Shown: in pieces, positions 58,227 to 64,000 of the stretch
Position numbering within the stretch: the stretch's first letter is position 1
Layout: the number at the start of each line of letters is the position of its first letter
NCBI GenBank assembly: GCA_030648155.1
Contig: JAUSIK010000002.1
Location: 17,205 to 81,204 of the forward strand
DNA length: 64,000 nucleotides
DNA from: Nanobdellota archaeon
GTDB taxonomy: Archaea; Nanobdellota; Nanobdellia; Pacearchaeales; GW2011-AR1
Reading direction: 5' to 3'
Position numbers and translations under genes: made by a program
Notes under the pieces: generated by a model
Databases searched by the model: none
What the model was told of the DNA's origin: nothing
The model's input: the letters and a program-made list of their open reading frames with translations, nothing else

Positions 58227-58531
58227 ACTTTAAAGAAAAATGTTATACACTATTGAAAAAAGTACCAAAAGGAAAAGTTACTACATACAAAGAAATTGCA
58301 GAGGCACTAAACTCTAAGGCCTATCGGGCAGTAGGCATGGCAATGAAATCTAATCCCCATGCTCCGCTAGTTCCATGCCATAGAGTCATATCCTCAAATG
58401 GCAAAATAGGAGGATATACTTCAAATAATAGAATTAATATCCAAAAGAAAATTAAACTTTTAGTTTCAGAGGGGATCGAAATAAAAGATAATAAGATAAA
58501 TCTCGAAAAATTTCATTATAAATTCAATTAA
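58223..58531 (+). CDS. ogt: O6-alkylguanine-DNA alkyltransferase, C-terminal (DNA-binding/active-site) domain only
   Basis: VPKGKVTTYKEIAEAL, RAVGMAMKSNP, and LVPCHRVI with the PCHR active-site Cys. 102 aa. ATGA overlap with the HicB-like gene. Confidence 0.75.
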   Translation: MNFKEKCYTLLKKVPKGKVTTYKEIAEALNSKAYRAVGMAMKSNPHAPLVPCHRVISSNGKIGGYTSNNRINIQKKIKLLVSEGIEIKDNKINLEKFHYKFN

Positions 58532-58582
58532 ATCCCTAAAAAATCATATATCTTTATAAATAAATTAATTCTAAAAATCAAG

Positions 58583-58993
58583 ATGAATAAAGACTATAAT
58601 AATTATTCTAGCAAAGAGGATGAGGAAGAAGAATTTTATCAAAGTTTAGAAGATAAATTAGAATATCATGAAAAAAATAAAATTAATTTTGGAAATATAC
58701 TTGGTTTTAAGTCTTCATATGCGGAAAGTTTAGATAAAATCTATATTGATGAAGATGAAAGAAAAAAAATTGAGGCAGAAGAGAATAGGACTACTCGGGG
58801 AAAAAATATTGCTTATTATATAGGGGGAGCGGTAGTATCCTTAACAGCCGCGACAATTTTTAATGAAATTTATAAACAAAATAAAGATCTCAACCCAAGA
58901 ATTTCAAATATGACTTTTGATGCTTCAATTTTATCTTTCATGTTAACAGTGTGTCTATTTTTTAGAGGATTTTACCAAGCATTTAGGAAATAA
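58583..58993 (+). CDS. Hypothetical protein with two C-terminal TM helices
   Basis: 136-aa ORF with an acidic N-terminus. No family recognised. Confidence 0.45.
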   Translation: MNKDYNNYSSKEDEEEEFYQSLEDKLEYHEKNKINFGNILGFKSSYAESLDKIYIDEDERKKIEAEENRTTRGKNIAYYIGGAVVSLTAATIFNEIYKQNKDLNPRISNMTFDASILSFMLTVCLFFRGFYQAFRK

Positions 58994-58994
58994 T

Positions 58995-59807
58995 TTACCA
59001 CTCAAAATCAACATATTCGGAATAAGCATAACCTCCTCTATAAAAAACAGCTACATTTAATTTAGCTTTATCTCCTTCTTTCAATGGAATATTTTTTAAT
59101 GCCCCGTTCTCTGTATTCCAGTCAAACTGAAGGCTGATTACATTTCCTTCTTTTGGAAATACAATAATTTTATACCACATTCCTTCTTTTACTCCTTCAG
59201 GCGCATCCCATTCAACATACAAATCCTCTCCGTTTCTTTTCCAGGAAACATTTCTAGGATAATCTATAAAATCAGGTTGATAATTAACTTTCTGTTCCAA
59301 AACTAAATTTCCATCTTTGTAATAATTGAACTTATATTCTCCTTCAATAGGTAATCCTCCTTGTGAAGGGCCATATAAAACCCATCTCCTAGTTATTTCT
59401 CCAGAATAATTATTTATATTAAAATCTTTATTCAAGTTAAATTCATCCATCAATGGGCTAAATACGACTACCTTGTCTACGTCCCACAAAAAGCATTCTT
59501 CTAGTTCATCATAGTTGCTACCGCAATTAGACTTATACTCATAAGTCTTTCCATCAGGTCCATTACTGCTCCATACTTCAGGGTAAACATCAATTCCATT
59601 TCCTCTCCCAATTCCATAATTATTCCCTCCCCCAGCAATATTATCTACCCCCCTTAATATTTCGCCGCCAATTTCCCCGATACCATTGCCTCTGCCGTTT
59701 TTCCCCTCATTTTCATCACTTGAAAAATAATACCCCAAACCTAAAATCAAAACCAAAACAACTATTCCAAAAAGCCAATATCTAAAATAATCTCTTCCTT
59801 TATTCAT
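58995..59807 (-). CDS. Anchored/secreted hypothetical protein with Gly-rich linker
   Basis: N-terminal helix YWLFGIVVLVLILGLGYYF, then GNGIG-type Gly repeats, then a beta-rich C-terminal domain. Confidence 0.5.
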   Translation of the reverse strand: MNKGRDYFRYWLFGIVVLVLILGLGYYFSSDENEGKNGRGNGIGEIGGEILRGVDNIAGGGNNYGIGRGNGIDVYPEVWSSNGPDGKTYEYKSNCGSNYDELEECFLWDVDKVVVFSPLMDEFNLNKDFNINNYSGEITRRWVLYGPSQGGLPIEGEYKFNYYKDGNLVLEQKVNYQPDFIDYPRNVSWKRNGEDLYVEWDAPEGVKEGMWYKIIVFPKEGNVISLQFDWNTENGALKNIPLKEGDKAKLNVAVFYRGGYAYSEYVDFEW

Positions 59808-59831
59808 ATAAGGAATTGCCGTCGAGAATAT

Positions 59832-60068
59832 TTAAAGGTAACTCTTTAAAGATCTATGTGCTATTTGTCTTCCCGCATAACCAAAATAATAATTGAATGC
59901 ACCAGAGATAGTATTTCTTTTCTCTCTTAACTTATTTTCATATTCCCTTGCTTCTTCTTTTTTTCCAATAAATCTAGACATGGAATCAGGAATACCAATG
60001 AAATTAACACCAACATAAATACTTCCTAATAATCCAATACTTCCCCCAATTAATGCTTCTTCTAACAT
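59832..60068 (-). CDS. Hypothetical small membrane protein
   Basis: 78-aa ORF with one hydrophobic helix. Confidence 0.4.
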   Translation of the reverse strand: MLEEALIGGSIGLLGSIYVGVNFIGIPDSMSRFIGKKEEAREYENKLREKRNTISGAFNYYFGYAGRQIAHRSLKSYL

Positions 60069-60134
60069 ACTGGTTTGTGCCTTAACAAGTATATAAATTT
60101 ATTTTCAATTTTCTATGGTTTCTTTTCTGTTATT

Positions 60135-60596
60135 TTATATAGGCTTGCGCAAAATTAAGTTGATATTTTTGTAAAATTTTTCAGCATTTTCTAAGCTTTC
60201 TTTAGCTGGCTCGAGATTTGCTTGAGGTAATGTTCTATAAGTAAACTTTCCTCGTTTTGATTTCTCTTTTGCAAAGATTCCTAAAAGTTCTTCGGCTTTT
60301 ACAACAATATCTTTGTATATTATAACAAGTTCTTTGTCAATTTGACCAGAATCAGCCAATTTCTCAAATTCTTTTAAGGTCTTTTTATGTTCTTCCGGAG
60401 GAGATGTAATTATTCTCTTTGCGTAAAGAAGTGCTTTTGCAGAATAGAATATGCAATAATAAGAATTACTTATAACGTTACTGAAAAAAGTAGAGTCTTC
60501 TTTCAACTCTAATTCTGCTTTAAATTTTGTTTCAGTTGAGATTTTAAAAACAGCATTAGCTAAATCTAATTCATTTTTTGATCTATTCAAATACAA
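60135..60596 (-). CDS. HEPN-domain-like protein (partner of adjacent nucleotidyltransferase)
   Basis: All-helical 153 aa (LDLANAVFK...YYCIFYSAKALLYAK...). It lies 7 nt downstream of the MNT gene, the canonical HEPN/MNT pair arrangement. No clear Rx4-6H motif was seen. Confidence 0.5.
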   Translation of the reverse strand: MYLNRSKNELDLANAVFKISTETKFKAELELKEDSTFFSNVISNSYYCIFYSAKALLYAKRIITSPPEEHKKTLKEFEKLADSGQIDKELVIIYKDIVVKAEELLGIFAKEKSKRGKFTYRTLPQANLEPAKESLENAEKFYKNINLILRKPI

Positions 60597-60603
60597 TATT
60601 TCC

Positions 60604-61221
60604 TTATGGTCTGAATCCGTGTTTATGCGCCTCTTTTAATAATTGGTAATATATCTCGGAATTGTAAAATAGCCTATGCTTTATAAAAATTTGTTTTGCT
60701 AAATTCTCCTCTTCACGTAAAAGCATTTTTACAAAATCCTCAAAAGTTATATAATGCTCATCAATCTTCACAGCATGATTTAACTTTATTTCATTAACAT
60801 ATGGTTTAATCTTCTTTTCGACTTCTTTGTTTTCTATAAGAATGCAAATATCTAAATCAGAATTCTTGGTCTGCTTATTTTCTACGTAGCTTCCAAATAC
60901 AATGATAGAACAGTTCTTGACTGGCATCTTTTCAATTATTTCTGAAACAATTTTTATTTGCGAGAATGTTAAATTATTCTGGACTTCTAAGTATTGTAAA
61001 AACTGCAGGGCCAGAGGGTTCTCAAGATTTAACCTATAAATATCCAGATTCGCTTTTCTCGTTGAATTTAAAATATTATTAGTTAATAATAGTTTTAGAG
61101 CATTGAACACCCATGTTTTAGTTTTCTTATTTGTCTCCTTCATAATCTCTGCTATGCTTAATTCTTTAAATGGATTCTCCCTCCATACTTCTAATAACTT
61201 TATTTTCTCATTCGATATCAT
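60604..61221 (-). CDS. Minimal nucleotidyltransferase (MNT) with N-terminal wHTH-like domain
   Basis: VFGSYVENKQTKNSDLDICILIE is a GS-x10-DxD NTase motif. The N-terminal ~90 aa are helical and DNA-binding-like. Confidence 0.7.
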   Translation of the reverse strand: MISNEKIKLLEVWRENPFKELSIAEIMKETNKKTKTWVFNALKLLLTNNILNSTRKANLDIYRLNLENPLALQFLQYLEVQNNLTFSQIKIVSEIIEKMPVKNCSIIVFGSYVENKQTKNSDLDICILIENKEVEKKIKPYVNEIKLNHAVKIDEHYITFEDFVKMLLREEENLAKQIFIKHRLFYNSEIYYQLLKEAHKHGFRP

Positions 61222-61234
61222 ATTCTTTATTAAT

Positions 61235-61266
61235 GTTACTTATTTAAATAACTTTCGTTACTTATT
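61235..61266 (-). promoter_or_regulatory. TATA box flanked by 10-nt direct repeats (candidate operator of MNT-HEPN operon)
   Basis: gttacttatt at 61235-61244 and 61257-61266 brackets tatttaaata (61241-61250), which is centred ~25 nt upstream of the ATG at 61221. Confidence 0.45.
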
Positions 61267-61400
61267 AAAGTAATAGAAATTGCTTCTTTTCTAACAGGAT
61301 ACTCGTCCCATCACAAGAACAAATACAATCCTTCCATTCACAGTATCTAAATAATTTCTCTTTCCAATAAATCTAATTATACAGTAATTTCATAAATTAT

Positions 61401-61898
61401 CTAATTTTTATCTTTAATAGTTTCAAATCTTTCAAGTTTTTTATTCTTCATTACATTATCCCAATCAAAAATTTTACCATTCATTGCAATATAAACGCCT
61501 TTAGATAGAGTTTGCACGGCAGAAATTCCTGAACCAAGATTAAACAATGCGTCAGAATTTTTTTGATTATATGGAACCATTGCACCCAACAAGACTATTG
61601 TTTTATCCTTTATTTCATTACCAAGTGTTTTAGCAGTTTCTACCATTGTATCGGTGCCATGAGTTATGATTATTCTATCTTCTTTGGATTTTTTACATTC
61701 TTCTAAAACTCTTTGCCTATCTTTTTCATCCATTAATAAAGAATCTTTTGCCATAAGAAATTTAATCTCAATATCCGCATTACATCTACTTTGTTTTAAC
61801 ATTTTTGGGATATAGGACTCTTTGAAAGAATAAACATTATTTTCATCTATATTCTCACAATCAATAGTTCCACCACAAGTAATTAACTTTATTTTCAT
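61401..61898 (-). CDS. Asparaginase/glutaminase N-terminal-domain protein (single domain)
   Basis: TCGGTID and ITHGTDTM motifs. Only 165 aa, so the C-terminal domain of full-length asparaginases is absent. Confidence 0.65.
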   Translation of the reverse strand: MKIKLITCGGTIDCENIDENNVYSFKESYIPKMLKQSRCNADIEIKFLMAKDSLLMDEKDRQRVLEECKKSKEDRIIITHGTDTMVETAKTLGNEIKDKTIVLLGAMVPYNQKNSDALFNLGSGISAVQTLSKGVYIAMNGKIFDWDNVMKNKKLERFETIKDKN

Positions 61899-62093
61899 AG
61901 TGTTAATAGGATTAAGCCATTTTTAATCTTTATTATGTAAAAGTCCCGACACTTAACACCTTAATCCAAGTCCTGATTAATTAACAACACACTGAATCTC
62001 TAATATCTTCCCTTTTAAGCCCAAATATATCAATTATATTGCATATTAGGAATCTTTAAATACCCATATAAATTGAAATTTATATTCGGTAAA

Positions 62094-62876
62094 ATGAAAA
62101 GAAACACTATTTATAAAAACCGAAGCAATACACTAATTATAGGGTTGCTGGCATCGTTTATAATTATCTTAATTGTATCTAACTTATTTGCTTTTTATAT
62201 AATTAAAGAGAATATTGGCAAAATTACAAGTGATATAAGCTACATTACGGGCTCTATTTCAGGTTTAGTTTCTGCTGATAATTCTAATGGGGGGGTAAAT
62301 ACTCTAGAATCGTTTAAAAGAGAAATTTCAATTCCGATAGTTGCCGTTTCTGTGGAAGGTAAGGGGATATTGGGTAAATTAAACATTAAATTAGTACAAG
62401 GAGAAAATAATATACTAATAAACACAAATCCATTTCTAGAACTTGAAATTCAAAAATCAATAGCAAAAGGAGTTAGAGTCGCAAAACTGAAAACAGAGAA
62501 TTATAACTTGGATAAAGATCTAGTTTTTGATTTTCAAATCAGTAATTCGTCAGTTATGGGTGGAGAAAGTGCTGGAGCTGCCATTACAGTTGCATCAATA
62601 GCATTATTAAATGGAATAGAGATTAAAAATGATACAGCCATAACAGGAAGCATCAATTCTGACGGCAGTATAGGAAATATAGGCGGTGTAAAAGAAAAAG
62701 CAAAATCAGTTGCATCAGCAGGTTATAAATATTTTATAATACCACAAGGCCAATCTTCAATCCCTACTCCAGATGAAGGGGTTATCAATCTCAAAGAGTA
62801 TGCAAAACAAGAATGGAACTTAGAAATTATAGAGGTTTCAACTATTGAAGAAGCCCTTCCTTATTTTGTTAAATAA
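62094..62876 (+). CDS. Membrane-anchored Lon-like (S16) serine protease domain protein
   Basis: ATG 62094 chosen (the track starts at TTG 62073). One N-terminal TM helix. GGESAGAAITVA (catalytic Ser) and GGVKEKAKS (Lys) form the Lon proteolytic dyad context. Confidence 0.7.
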   Translation: MKRNTIYKNRSNTLIIGLLASFIIILIVSNLFAFYIIKENIGKITSDISYITGSISGLVSADNSNGGVNTLESFKREISIPIVAVSVEGKGILGKLNIKLVQGENNILINTNPFLELEIQKSIAKGVRVAKLKTENYNLDKDLVFDFQISNSSVMGGESAGAAITVASIALLNGIEIKNDTAITGSINSDGSIGNIGGVKEKAKSVASAGYKYFIIPQGQSSIPTPDEGVINLKEYAKQEWNLEIIEVSTIEEALPYFVK

Positions 62877-62913
62877 AGAGTAAATTTTTATATAATGCAT
62901 AATCTAATAAATA

Positions 62914-63384
62914 ATGCCAAAAATTAGTTCAGGCTTACTAATGTATAAATTTGCTAATTCAGAATTAAAAGTATTTCTTGTTCACCCAGGGGGGCCTTTC
63001 TGGAAAAATAAAGATGAAGGTGCCTGGAGTGTTCCAAAAGGAGAAGTAGAAGAAAATGAAGACTTTCTAGATACAGCTAAAAGGGAATTTAGTGAAGAAG
63101 TAGGATTTATTCCAGAATCGGATAATTTTATCCCTCTAGGAGAAGTAGTGCAAAAATCAGGAAAAATCGTACATTGCTGGGCATTTCAAGGTGACTGGTC
63201 GGGATTATTAATGACTTCATCTTTTGTTACGATTGAATATCCAGTTAAATCAGGAAAATTTATTAAAATACCTGAAATAGACAAAGCTCAATTTTTTCCA
63301 ATTCAAGAAGCTAGGAAGAAAATAAATCCTTCTCAAAAAAACTTTCTGGATAGATTAGAAGCAATTCTTCAATCTTCCATTTAG
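62914..63384 (+). CDS. NUDIX hydrolase
   Basis: Nudix box GEVEENEDFLDTAKREFSEEVGF (Gx5Ex7REUxEExGU). Confidence 0.8.
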   Translation: MPKISSGLLMYKFANSELKVFLVHPGGPFWKNKDEGAWSVPKGEVEENEDFLDTAKREFSEEVGFIPESDNFIPLGEVVQKSGKIVHCWAFQGDWSGLLMTSSFVTIEYPVKSGKFIKIPEIDKAQFFPIQEARKKINPSQKNFLDRLEAILQSSI

Positions 63385-63398
63385 ATACTCACCTAATA

Positions 63399-63869
63399 TT
63401 ATCCACACCCTTTAATTAAACTTGGAGATCTTTTAAAATATTCAATTCCAAACCCATTGTATTTTTCAGGTAGATTTAATTTTTCCCTTAAACCTAAATC
63501 TTCATTTAATTCAACTCTTAAAAAAGGTTGAATAGAACCAAATCTCCATGATGTTTTTCTAACTTTTACAGCAGTACTAACTCTTCCAATAAATGGATTT
63601 TCTGGCCTTCTATTATAATAATTATTTTGAGTTCCATCGTAAAACGTTGCCTCACCACTTATACAATCCGATGAAGATCTCCCTTTAAGTAGCCTATCTA
63701 AAAAATCTTTGGTGGTTTTAATCCCATGTTCTGAACGCAATGCCTCAACATAATCGCTTCTTTTTCTCCTACTATTGTCCATGTATTGATGCACAAAACC
63801 CTGGTAAGCATTTCTAAGCCCGTCATCTAAAAGAGCCATTCTTATATTATCTACAGTTAGGAAATTCAT
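63399..63869 (-). CDS. Hypothetical protein (156 aa)
   Basis: ORF only. No family recognised. Confidence 0.45.
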   Translation of the reverse strand: MNFLTVDNIRMALLDDGLRNAYQGFVHQYMDNSRRKRSDYVEALRSEHGIKTTKDFLDRLLKGRSSSDCISGEATFYDGTQNNYYNRRPENPFIGRVSTAVKVRKTSWRFGSIQPFLRVELNEDLGLREKLNLPEKYNGFGIEYFKRSPSLIKGCG

Positions 63870-63968
63870 ATTTTTAAATGAATTATAAAATATATAAATT
63901 TTATTGCTTATTAAGCCAAAATTTACAATTAAAAAAGATTTTTAAACCAAGCTATTCTAATATAAACA

Positions 63969-64000
63969 ATGAAAAGAGGCAAGTATATTTCCGTTTTAGT
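63969..64000 (+). CDS. 5' end of an unidentified gene running off the window
   Basis: ATG 63969 (MKRGKYISVL...) lies ~26 nt downstream of TATA-like gatttttaaacc (63938-63949). Only 10 codons are visible. Confidence 0.3.
   Translation, partial: MKRGKYISVL

Noticed and set aside
1-64000. Alternative genetic code (stop-codon reassignment)
   Set aside because: Long conserved genes (ppsA, thrS, gltX, SNF2) are uninterrupted under the standard code. TAA, TAG (e.g. 44891-44893) and TGA (e.g. 58224-58226) all terminate well-delimited genes.

Overview
AT-rich archaeal chromosomal segment (GC roughly one-third by eye) with about 65 protein genes. I found no rRNA gene, convincing tRNA gene, CRISPR array, integrase or transposase. 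All calls rest on motif recognition by eye; no database search was possible.

Lineage (inference): a small-genome DPANN-like archaeon fits best. Support: archaeal/eukaryal-only ribosomal proteins L35Ae and L10e, archaeal-type ThrRS editing domain and GluRS, four class III signal-peptide pilin-like genes, TATA boxes about 25 nt upstream of start codons, and many giant secreted Cys-rich proteins and unassignable ORFs.

Recognisable housekeeping genes: rpl35ae-rpl10e, ppsA, MYG1-like, AAG/MPG-like glycosylase, gltX, thrS, lemA, htpX, ogt-like, NUDIX, membrane Lon-like protease, GT2 and GT-C glycosyltransferases.

Small toxin-antitoxin-type modules: mazEF, one HEPN + nucleotidyltransferase pair, one fused nucleotidyltransferase-HEPN protein, and an orphan HicB-like gene.

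Main finding: a ~10.6 kb operon at 21612-32192.
- It opens with an SNF2-family ATPase fused to a class-I methyltransferase-like domain.
- Six tightly coupled paralogous genes follow. They are built from about 28 tandem copies of a ~65-aa W...E/LP/LGY/YHGGF..FR..LG repeat that I cannot assign to a characterised family.
- One more copy lies in the divergent upstream gene 20811-21449.
- The array shows alternating conserved start/stop-overlap junctions, a recurring LExLLxxYVxGxN tail motif, and a recent internal segmental duplication.

Other notable items:
- A modular surface proteome: two M64-like zincin giants, a dockerin-like protein, and pilin-adhesin fusions with cassette-like C-termini.
- Pilin paralogs sharing a 120-nt identical 5' region.
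- Three families of conserved non-coding elements: a ~130-160 nt intergenic element in 5 or more copies, a 91-bp iteron-like element in 2 copies, and a ~90-nt hairpin/inverted-repeat cassette in 2 copies.
- A GC-enriched double-hairpin ncRNA candidate downstream of rpl10e.
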